A stretch of 32,000 nt of DNA, taken from contig MTSL01000159.1 of NCBI GenBank assembly GCA_002794465.1, positions 1,298 through 33,297 on the forward strand. Direction: 5' to 3'. Source of the stretch: Paramicrosporidium saccamoebae KSL3. Its lineage: Eukaryota; Fungi; Cryptomycota. The notes below the pieces were generated by a model that saw only the letters and a program-made list of their open reading frames with translations, was not told the origin of the DNA and ran no database searches. How positions within the stretch are numbered: the first letter of the stretch is position 1; each line of letters opens with the position of its first letter. Positions 1-9,735 of the stretch are shown here, in pieces. The position numbers and the translations under genes are program-made.

Positions 1-7
1 CGTATTC

Positions 8-154
8 GTGTGCTAAAGTGGATCGCTTTGCTGGGTATCTAAGGACAGTGAGATGTGATGTGTATCTATACTATTCCAGGATTAGCAATGAACAGATTTC
101 CGCATGACTTGGGTCGTGGTATTATCCCCACTATGCGACAATAGCAATCCATTA
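8..154. ncRNA. Unassigned structured element, copy A (paralogue of 21851..21998)
   Basis: Shares collinear blocks with 21851..21998: GTGTG[C/A]TAAAGTGGA, GCTGG, GGATTAnCAnnGAAC, TTCCGCATGAC, GTGGTAT[T/C]ATCCCCACTA[T/C]GCGACA and TCCATTA. The overall span is the same (147 vs 148 nt) and there is hairpin potential. The repeat is directly visible; the ncRNA call is inference. Confidence 0.5.
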
Positions 155-261
155 ACGTTCTGTAAATGGCGTGTCATAGTAGACTGATTAGACATGATCT
201 CTTAAAATATACTGAAATCATTGCCTCAAAGTAAGAACTTTGCAGTGTAACGAACTTACCA

Positions 262-352
262 TTCCACTCTACACACACATGCGCACTCCACATACACTTG
301 CACACTCTACACACTCTTGCACACTCTACACACACTTGCACACACGCACACA
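262..352. repeat. Imperfect CA-rich minisatellite (alternating TTGCACAC / TCTACACAC units)
   Basis: Directly visible, e.g. ttgcacac-tctacacac-tcttgcacac-tctacacacac-ttgcacacac-gcacacac. Confidence 0.85.
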
Positions 353-378
353 CATTTTATTGACACGCTACACTCTTC

Positions 379-1125
379 TTATATCATCACAGCAAGCACA
401 ACAGCAAAAGCAATCGATACGGCACTGAATTGATAGGTCGAGGAGGCACTATTTCCAAGCGAATGCAACTTCCAGTACATCTGATCAAGACCGCCCTTCT
501 TCAATCCCTTGTCCTTGCGATTCTTTAGGACGCTGGTGGAGTACTGCGCGACAACTTGAAGATCCAGGTTGCGTTGAATAATGTATTTGAATTTGATTGG
601 CTTCCATTCCTTGGATTTCTTTTGAAGATTTTTGGCCAGATCAGAAAGCTTTTTTACGCGATTCAGCACTTCGTCTTTAGTCTTGGCCGCTACCAACATG
701 TCATCGAGTCGTTGATGCATGAACCGATGGATCGAAATCTTTTTAAAGACGGGCTCCAGATGGTCAGCATTGGGTCCTTCGAACACTTGGGTGGCGCCGT
801 CAAGGATCTTGCGAAAGTCCTCCTTCTTGCGGCCCTTGAAGATATCGGTTGTAATGTTAAAGTTCTTGCAACACTGCTGCACCAAGTCCAGCAGGGCATG
901 CATGCTAGTCTTCATTGACTCGGGAGAGATCTTGTTGTCGCGAGTGGCCTTTTGCAGCTGCTGGAACGGCTTTACGTAAATCTCGACGTACGGCTTAATG
1001 TCATCAGGTTTATCAAACGATTTTAGAATTGCGCGCCAGTCGTCTTTGGGAGGCAAAGCTTTCCACGGATCAAAGAGATCGGCACAAGCAAGACTAAGCA
1101 ACATGGTAGCAGTGAGAAACTTCAT
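379..1125 (-). CDS. Orphan secreted, probably GPI-anchored, Lys-rich helical surface protein (248 aa, intronless)
   Basis: ATG-initiated ORF with a signal-peptide-like N-terminus (MKFLTATMLLSLACA). The C-terminus has small residues (GNSASST) followed by a terminal hydrophobic tail (FSAVSIAFAVVLAVMI). AATAAA lies 17 nt after the stop (356-361, minus). No family recognised. Confidence 0.75.
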   Translation of the reverse strand: MKFLTATMLLSLACADLFDPWKALPPKDDWRAILKSFDKPDDIKPYVEIYVKPFQQLQKATRDNKISPESMKTSMHALLDLVQQCCKNFNITTDIFKGRKKEDFRKILDGATQVFEGPNADHLEPVFKKISIHRFMHQRLDDMLVAAKTKDEVLNRVKKLSDLAKNLQKKSKEWKPIKFKYIIQRNLDLQVVAQYSTSVLKNRKDKGLKKGGLDQMYWKLHSLGNSASSTYQFSAVSIAFAVVLAVMI

Positions 1126-1174
1126 GGCTGCGTAATCTGCATGTTGTCACTACCTCATTCATATACCGCTCTGT

Positions 1175-1265
1175 CCAATGTTTAGCCTGCAACCAATCAG
1201 AAGCCTGGGTTTTCTCACTGAACCTCGGCTGGCTGCCCAATAGGCAGACTGCCAAGCGAACCAAT
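1175..1265 (+). promoter_or_regulatory. Cluster of four CCAAT boxes in the divergent promoter upstream of TOR
   Basis: CCAAT at 1175, 1193, 1237 and 1261, all on the + strand within 91 nt. Function is inferred. Confidence 0.45.
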
Positions 1266-1304
1266 CGCGATTAATTAGGGCGCATGACTGTCTCATATCT
1301 CGAG

Positions 1305-4300
1305 ATGGAAAAGTGGGAATCTGCCCTTCAGTCGTACTTGCATCGTTTAGTTGACAAGTATATTGCACTAAATAGTTTCTCAGCATGTTAGGAGTCGGGC
1401 TGTCCAAGAAGCGGCGGCTGAAGGTCTAGCGGTGGAAGTTAAACGTTTAGCCACCTTACTGTCTAAAGAATCATTCAACAAGCTTATGCACGAACTAAAT
1501 CGTCGATTATATGAAATGGTTCATGGTGCAGACATGCATGAAAAACAGGCCGCTGTTATTGCCATAGGTATCCCCAACTCGCCATTGACTCGGTAGCTCG
1601 CCTGGCTGAACAGGCAACGGATGAGACCCTGTCCAACCTGTCCAGATATGCAAACTATCTTCGTACACTGATACCAGGGAGAGATCTGGTCCTCACAGCC
1701 AGCTCTGCCAATGCTCTGGCGCGCCTAGTTGTCGCCGCTATGGGAACCGCCTTGGCCGCAGAATTGGTAGAGTATGAGTTTGGTCGCTGCTTTGAATGGA
1801 TCTCAGAGCGTAATGAAAACGGAACGATTTCTGCCATGTTAATTTTTAAAGAAATGATCGAGCTTTCCCCAACTCTTGCCTATCCTTTTATCATGACTCT
1901 GATGGAGCTGACGTGGTCAGTCTTGTTGTCGTCCAAGAGTGCTACACTGCGTCAAGTCACTGAAGACACTCTGCGGTCCCTCTTGCTATGTTTCCGCGAC
2001 CGGTCTGATCAAGATTCCATAAGTGAGATTATTGGTAATGTGGCAACGGAAACTATTGAAAAATTGCGAGACTCCACTACTATTCCACTCAGTGCAATTG
2101 CTGGGATCGCCATCGTAACACAGGTATTTCCCTCCCTAGTTAGAGAGCGCCACTTTGAAGGCTTTATTTTGGTCGTCCTTCAGCTGGCAACCTTGAAAGA
2201 TTCAGCAGTCAAGCAAGCAGCGTTCTCTCTAATTCCTGAGCTGGCATCCCTGAATTCAAAATCATTTTCTGGCTCCTATTTGGAACAATGGACGCAGCTA
2301 TTAATTGAAATTTTGAACAAGAAGGACAAGGAGCGAGTCATTACTTTGAAAGCAATCAAATGTACAATCGATAGCTTGGGGAGTGAAATTTTGCCTAGCG
2401 TGGATTCCCTTAACCGCTCTCTTCGGCAATTGCTATTGACAAGATCAAAGCTGCGCCCTGCTGAGGAGACTGAAATAATGGACTGTGTAGCTTCCCTAGC
2501 TCGTGCTCTAAAGGGAGCTTATCAGAATTCAGTGAGGACTCTTCTTCCAGCCTTACTGGCTGGTGAGCTAAATTCAAGTCTGCGGTCGGCCCTTCATTCC
2601 ATCGTAGAGAACGTTCCCAATTCAATGCCTCTAATCGAGGATCATCTTTTGGGATCTGTTGGAAGGATATTGGATACCGACAATGATCCGGCGAGCGAAT
2701 CCCAAATTGTTTTCGCATGTGAGACCATCACTCGGTTTAATTATTGTGAGCCTATGCTGGATACAAAGTTGGGTGACAAGTTGTTCAGTCTTTTGTCCAG
2801 TACCTCGGTAAGTCTAAGACAGGCTGCCGCGTTATCATTGGCTCATTTGTCTTGTCGACCGATTGGAGGAGAGTTTTACGAGTCATTCCCCAGTGTAATC
2901 AAGGTTGTGACTCTGCTGTTGACTCTGTCATCGTCCGATCCAGATGTAAATCTTCGCTCCGCTGTGCTTGAGGCGCTCAATGCCGACTCTCTAGACTTTT
3001 ACTTGTCCTCGACGGAGCCATTTCACATTTTATTAATGATTTTGAGCACGGGGACCTTGGCCTGTCGATTGACAGTTGTCTCTGTTGTTGAACGTATTAC
3101 ACGACACAATACTGGCCTGATTTACCCACATTTTCGCTCCATACTTTTACAACTTCTGGCCGATCTTGGCTGTCCACATCCCAAGAGCATATCTGAGGAT
3201 GCGGCAGTGGTATTGTCAGAAGTAGCCCGTCTCCCTGCTTCCCTTCTAAAGCCCACTGTAGAACCGCTACTGCGAGCTCTTTCTTCTCGACTTTTGGATC
3301 CCAATCCAAACACTGCTACGGCGGTGCTGGTCACGCTCGGAAGGCTTGTTCAGGTCAATCCGCAGGCCTTTAATAGCCATGCTCTTTCTCTTGTCAATTC
3401 CATTTCCAAAATTTTGGGAGATCAGAGTTCATCCAAGAGGCGACTGGCCGCGTTGGGATTCTTGTGCATGCTTTTGAGAAATGTGAATCGGGCCAAAATT
3501 CCATCAGAACGTCTCGCCGCTCTTCTCTTGGAAACTGCCGATTTGCTACGAATTGAACTCGTGCGTCCGGTGCGCAACGAGGCGATCAAATTAATTGGTA
3601 TCATCGGTGCTCTTGATCCATACAAGATGCGCGCACTTGAAATGGAACAGCAGCTTTGTTTAAATAATGCTCAACCAGAATCCTCTATTGAGGATGCCCC
3701 GGCATCGGACGTTGTATCCACGCTTTCGGATGATTACTATCCCAGTGTTGCAGTGTCCTCTTTGTTAAAGATTTTGGGAGACGCATCTCTCGGTAAACTG
3801 CACGCCGGAGCAGTGCAGGCCCTGCTTGCAGTTTTCCAGTCTATGGGGGTTCGCAGTGCATCCTATCTAGTTCAAGTGATGCCCGTCATTTGTCGAATTC
3901 TCTGGCAATCGGGCGATCGCGACAAGGCCATTGTCACTTATACCCTTCAAGCGCTTTCAGCATTGATCACTACTGTTGGACTACATATTAGACCCTTTGC
4001 TCTTGATTTGGTCTCAGTTGTCAAGGAACTCTGGAATAGCCGGGATGTAGGAATGCTGTCACAACATTCCGATGTTGCCCTCAAAATGGCCCTTCTCTCT
4101 GTGATTCGAAGCCTCTCTGACGCCTTGGGTGGAGAAACCTTGGTCGAAATTGTCTCCTTTGTTCCAATGGTTGTCTCCATGTTGTCAGTGAGACATGCCG
4201 AGTCAAATTCTGAGCTCATGATTGTGACGCTATCTGCCTTACACAGCTTGGCGGGATACGCAAGGGACCATGTGCACTCTATAATTGCGGCGATCAATGA

Positions 4301-7300
4301 ACTTTTGATGGAAACGACGGCTTCCAGTGAATTTATCAAAAGGTCGATTCTGCTTGTCCTGGAATTGGCCGACTGCGCAGACATTCGTCTTGATCTTCCC
4401 TTAATTGTCCCACTCATTGGGATTGCACTAAATTTGGATGGCGAAAATGTCAAGACAGTTAGGGTCGCTGATCGGCTTGCTTGTTATTTGGCAATCAATT
4501 TCTCGGAAGAATTTAATCCGCTTCGCCGACAGGTTCCTGCTGAAAAGCTGCCGGCACTGAGCCGCCTACTACGCCATTCTCTCGCCCAGCCATTGACCGG
4601 CTTATTCATGATTGATGAGCTGTTGCTGGGAGTAGAGGATCTGTCCCTGAGTGCATCGTCAGAGCAGTTGGTACCCCGGATACCTACTGTAACCACTACG
4701 CCGGTTGGAAAGTTGGCAATAAATGAGCAGAATCTGAGGAGGAGCTGGGATTCCTTTGACTGTAACAGCAAAGAAGACTGGTTCCACTGGATTCGTCGTT
4801 TTGAAGCCGAATTGCTCAAAGAATCGCCAGCGCCCTCTCTGAGGGCCTGTTCTCATCTGGCCCTTAAACATTATCCGCTGGCTAGAGAACTTTTTAATGC
4901 AGCTTTTGCTGCCTGCTGGAATGACCTCTCTGACGGATTGCAAGATGAGCTCGTGGGTGCATTAGAGGCCGCACTAGCCTCCATTAGCATCCCTCCCGAG
5001 GCAATGCAAATAATTCTTGGATTAGCCGAATTTATGGAACGGGACGACCGTCCTCTTCCCATGGATGTTGCCACTTTGGGGGCCTATTCCATGAAATGCC
5101 ATGCATATGCAAAGGCTCTGTACTACCAAGAGACTGAATTTCAAAATTCCCCATCTGCTGCCTCAGTGGAGGCGCTTATTAGTGTAAATAGTCAAATTCA
5201 GCAGCCAGATTCGGCTGCGGGGATCCTTGTTTGTGCGCAGAAGCAGCATGGGATTGTTCTTGAAGAATCGTGGTATGAAAAACTACAACGCTGGGACGAC
5301 GCTCTCTCCGCCTACCGGGCCAAGTGGGAACGGGATCCGCAGAGTTTTGATGCTCTCTTGGGCATATTCCGTTGTTGGCACGCCCTCGGGGATTGGGACG
5401 CACTAAATTCACTTGCTACCGATGTTTGGCACGACGTGCCTCCTCCAGTTCAGGCTTCCATCCTCCCCTTAGCAGCCTCGGCAGCATGGAGTATAGGTGA
5501 TTGGAACAAGATGGACGAGTATGTGGCCAAACAATCGCCCAACTCTCTCGAGGGTGCAGTTTTTAGATCTGTGTTAGCCATTAATCACCAAGTTTACGAT
5601 GAAGCGGAGCGCTATGTCACTACTACAAGAGAACTACTTGATACCGAGCTCACAGCAATGTTGGGTGAAAGTTATAGTCGCGCCTACAATACCATTGTGA
5701 GGGCACAGACCCTCTCCGAGTTGGAAGAAGTCATTGCATTCTGTCAGGCTGGAGATGATTTAAAGAGACGAAACATTATTAGAAGATTTTGGTCAAGCCG
5801 GCTGGACGATTGTCAGGTCAGTGTTGATGTCTGGCAGAGAATTTTAAAGATCCGCGCTTTAGTGACCCCTCCTGAGGAAGCACAGGCACGCTGGATTAAA
5901 TTTGCGACATTGTGTAGACGCAATCAGAGGCCTTTAATCTCCCGAAGAATCTTATTGGGTCTGCTCCACGTTGATGAACGCCAAGTAGATTCGCTCGATC
6001 TAACTCAAGCTTCCCCTGCCGTTGTTTATGGTTTTTTAAAGCATAATTGGGAACTCGGAGAGCGTGATGTTGCCGTACGATATTTACGTCAGTATGGACG
6101 CTATTTGGCACAGCTGTTGGATCGCAAGATGGCTCAAACTCAGCTCCACGGCGGCGCAGCGCCCGGGAGCGCTGAAGCGATGGAACTCGAAGATCAGACG
6201 AAACTGCTGGCAAGATGTCATTTCAAGCTCGGAGAGTGGCAAAAGTTCATTTCAATTGAAAAAGGCGAAGAGATTAATAGTGGGACAATAGAAAGCTACC
6301 TTGCCGCCACCTCATACGATAAGAATTGGTACAAAGCTTGGCATGGATGGGCACTAGTGAATTTCGAAATGGCCATGACACACGAACGGAGACAGAGTCA
6401 GGCACTTTCGTATGGAGCGAGCTTAGGCATTCCTGGCCAACGGAACGGTAGATTGAACCCATATCTAGTGCCCGCAATTCAGGGATTTTTCAGATCAATC
6501 GGTTTATCAGATGGGAACAGCTTGCAAGACTCGCTCAGGCTTCTCACACTTTGGTTTAAATATGGCGCACTTGCAGAGGTAAATGCGGCTGTTGGTGATG
6601 GATTCCATTCTGTTCCGGTCGACAATTGGCTCCAGGTTATACCTCAATTGATTGCTAGGATCCACGTACCCAGTCCACAGGTTCGTCGTCTGATCCATCA
6701 TTTGTTGAGCGACATTGGAAAACAGCATCCCCAAGCCCTCATATATCCCCTCACCGTGGCCAGCAAGTCCCAAAGTGTTGCCCGTCGAACTTCGGCCCTC
6801 GCAATCTTGGACAAGATGAGATCTCATTCAGCACGATTAGTCGAGCAGGCAATCATGGTGAGCCAAGAGCTTATCCGAGTTGCCATTTTATGGGAGGAAA
6901 TGTGGTATGAGGGCTTGGAGGAGGCCTCTAAGCAATACTTTGGCGAACACAATGTGCCCGCCATGCTGAGCATATTAGAGCCGCTCCATCAACTGATTGA
7001 AAAGGGACATGATACAGCTCGAGAGCGGGCATTTTTAGAAGCCTACAGTGGAGACTTGAAGGAGGCTCGGGAACAGTGTCTTCGATACAAGAGGACTGGA
7101 AATGCCAATGACTTGAACACTGCCTGGGACTTGTACTACCAAGTGTTTCGTCGTATCAGTAAGCAGCTGCCACAACTTGGAGCAATTGACTTGGACTCTG
7201 CTTCGCCTCGACTCTTGGCTGCTGGCGACTTGGATATTGCAGTTCCCGGAACTTATAGAGCGGGAGGCGCGGTAGTCAAAATCACTTCATTTAGCCCCAC

Positions 7301-8465
7301 AGTGGGGGTCATTAGTTCGAAGCAAAGACCGCGAAAATTGGTGCTCGTTGGCAGTGATGGACAGAGATACAAGTATCTACTCAAGGGACACGAAGACTTG
7401 CGTCAAGATGAGCGCGTGATGCAGCTTTTTGGACTGGTCAATACAATTCTTGAGATAGATTCCGAGACCCAGAAGCGACACTTGATGATTGAGAGATTCG
7501 CCGTTATTCCATTATCCCAGAATACAGGACTAATTGGCTGGGTTCCTCATTGCGACACAATCCACTCACTGATTCGTGACTATCGAGAGGCTCGCGGGGT
7601 GCTACTCTCCATTGAGCATCGGCTGATGCTTCAATTTGCACCCGATTATGATCACCTGCCGACGATCAACAAAGTGGAGGCGTTTGAATATGCCCTGGGA
7701 AACACGGACGGACGTGATCTTGGACGTATAATGTGGCAACGATCGCTTACCTCTGAGCTCTGGCTTGAGCGTCGTCTCTCCTATACACGCTCGTTAGCTG
7801 TCATGTCCATGGTGGGCTATATTCTTGGACTAGGCGACAGACATCCTTCCAATCTGATGATTGACCAAGTATCGGGACGTGTCGTTCATATAGACTTTGG
7901 AGACTGTTTTGAAGTTGCGATGCAACGCGACAAATTCCCTGAACGGGTTCCATTTAGGCTGACGAGAATGTTGGTCAAGGCCATGGAAGTCAGCGGAATC
8001 GAAGGCTCGTTTAGGATCACTTGTGAACACACGATGCGCGTTTTGAGAGGAAATAAGGATTCTCTCATGGCAGTGTTGGAGGCGTTTGTCTATGATCCTC
8101 TGATCAATTGGCGTTTGTTGGCAAGGCCGGAGCCGGCAAAGCCAAGTACCCTGACTGGAAGTTCAGGATATTCGGAACTGAGCGGTGAAACTGGGATTGC
8201 GTTCCCGGAAAACTTTTCATCCAGTAGACGTGTTCGTCGTGACGCTGAAATTTCTCGTCTGGAGGACGAAAGCATCAATCGTCCCGAAGCCGTCAATGCC
8301 GGCGCATTGAATGTAATCAATCGCGTGTCAAACAAACTCACAGGTCGTGATTTCCGCACCGCGGCGCCCCTAGATACAGCTGCCCAAGTTGATCGTCTTG
8401 TAAATGAAGCCACACTTGTTGATAATTTATGTCAAGCCTACGTTGGATGGTGTGCATTTTGGTAA
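1305..8465 (+). CDS. TOR: Serine/threonine kinase TOR (PIKK), ~2365 aa; exons 1305-1357, 1392-1567, 1597-8465 (alternative in-frame ATG at 1284)
   Basis: HEAT-like N-terminus (SRYANYLRTL, ELVEYEFGRCFEWI), FAT domain, FRB (LWEEMWYEGLEEAS...AWDLYYQVFRRI), kinase motifs (LLKGHEDLRQDERVMQLFGLVN, GLGDRHPSN, HIDFGDCFE) and FATC end (LCQAYVGWCAFW*). GT-AG introns of 34 and 29 nt restore the frame. Confidence 0.97.
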
Positions 8466-8647
8466 ATTGTGGATGTGATGATTGTGCTGAGCGTGGTGAA
8501 TGTGTCGAGGGGGACGGATGTGTCGGGCGTGATTCTTGTAGTAATTGCGTTTGTAACAGAGACCGATGGTTTTGATCCGTGGACCTGAAAAGTTTGTGAT
8601 AAAAGTTTGCTATTAATGTGCTGATATGTAATCACTGGATGTACTCG

Positions 8648-8755
8648 CTCACAATAGACCCTTCTCCCTAATCAATGGATGGAACCCCTCGCAATAGACC
8701 CTTAATTCACAATCCAGTCTCTCACAATAAGCCCCTAATCCATAATCAATGGGTG
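8648..8755. repeat. Three degenerate tandem units (period 33-40 nt), core CTC[A/G]CAATA(G/A)(A/G)CCC..TAAT
   Basis: Units start at 8648, 8688 and 8721: ctcacaatagaccc, ctcgcaatagaccc, ctcacaataagccc. Units 1 and 3 both end in taatcaatgg. Confidence 0.7.
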
Positions 8756-8801
8756 CATTTTCTCGAAATCACACACCAGTTTCAACTTTTAGTGTCTTTT
8801 A

Positions 8802-9131
8802 TTATGGTTCCCGCCATTCTTGTCGACACATTGGACATTGACTGTTCTGTTCGTCTTGCTGTTGTAGCCACTTTACGATGCAATGCATATGGAATGCATG
8901 TCGGCAGGCACCCGTCACTAAAGGAAATGAGGGACTGACATGTCGCCTTACTTAGGGGACAATCATCGCCAGGGAAGCGACACGCCGGACATGCGGCCTC
9001 GTACTGATGCTGGCAAATGCCACAGACCGTCTCATTGTTCACCTGCCAGTGCCATGTTCCCACAGCTAAATATCTAAAAAGATACGCAATGAAGACAATA
9101 GCAGCTACTTGGTCACCCGGACGCGGCCCAT
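8802..9131 (-). CDS. APC11: Anaphase-promoting complex RING-H2 subunit APC11; exons 9131-9109, 9073-8952, 8917-8802
   Basis: Spliced protein [86 protein letters not shown]. The PGDDCPL, H.FHMHCI.KWL and CPMCRQEW motifs are APC11-type. Introns are 35 and 34 nt. Confidence 0.93.
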
Positions 9132-9192
9132 GGCTTCAGGGGACCTGTAATTGTCCAGGCTAAATACAGTTCGACTAATACAACAGCAAAGT

Positions 9193-9658
9193 TTATTGGC
9201 GTCTGTCACCGTGATGGCCACCGCCTCTTCCTCCGCGGCCCCGTCCCCTCGAGTCTCCACGACCCCTTTGTCCTCCACGACGGGGACCTTGGGGCCGTTT
9301 GTTCAGTTCTTTGGCATTGTCCATTACCTAAGGATTAGTCTGCAGCATCACCATTTGGTATACCTCCTCAGGGAGACGGACAAACTTGATCGTGCTCCCA
9401 CGAATAAATGTCTCTGCTAATTTCCAAAAGCGATTTCCATCAGCCGATGTTTGAATGACCTCGGAAAGATGCAAATTCATCCATATATCGCATTTGAGCA
9501 AGACTCCATTAAAAGTTTCCCCATTCTTCACCTCAACCAGCTAAACAGGATATGAGTAAATATATTTGCAGTTCTTTACAATTGCACTCTTCTTGGCTGA
9601 ATTTAACAGTCCCAAAGGTAGCTACAGGGTCACAACAGCAAAAGATGCATACCACCAT
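9193..9658 (-). CDS. LSM4: U6 snRNA-associated Sm-like protein LSM4 with RGG tail (119 aa); exons 9658-9653, 9621-9580, 9540-9364, 9327-9193
   Basis: MVLPLGLL...LVEVKNGETFNG..L.KCDIWMNLHL.EVIQTSADGNRFWKLAETFIRGSTIKF, followed by RGGQRGRGDSRGRGRGGRGG. Introns are 31, 39 and 36 nt. Confidence 0.93.
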
Positions 9659-9735
9659 CGTTGAGACTGGTTAATCAGGAAAGATAAAATTCGAATTTTC
9701 GTTTTCCTCTGTCTAATTGCGCGTCCTCCACGGCG

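Noticed and set aside
79-108. U4/U6-like or rRNA-like words (GGATTA, CGCATGA) in the repeated element
   Set aside because: Matches are only 6-9 nt, are in permuted order relative to LSU, and there is no Sm site. Not enough to assign a family or target.
104-140. SECIS element (ATGA...GA hairpin) for the repeated element
   Set aside because: No continuous 11-13-bp helix II and no apical AA(A). No adjacent gene has a credible in-frame Sec TGA; the ALKBH7 TGA is followed by TAA two codons later.
9-151. Solo LTR/MITE interpretation (TG...CA ends)
   Set aside because: No target-site duplication or terminal inverted repeats in either copy, and only host genes lie between the copies. Block-wise conservation fits RNA structure better.
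240-428. 62-aa His/Thr-rich ORF
   Set aside because: It is a translation artefact of the CA-rich repeat and has a TTG start.
8475-8624. Box C/D snoRNA (perfect GTGATGA at 8475 with CTGA at 8487, 8585 and 8621)
   Set aside because: No terminal stem and no recognisable rRNA-antisense element before any D box. The C box is explained by the GT-rich tract.
8648-8755. Interstitial telomere
   Set aside because: Only two isolated TTAGGG hexamers, not tandem.
8782-9063. RBX1 call for the RING-H2 gene
   Set aside because: It lacks the RBX1 N-terminal KKWNAVALWAWD and CAICRNH motifs; the spliced product has APC11 motifs.
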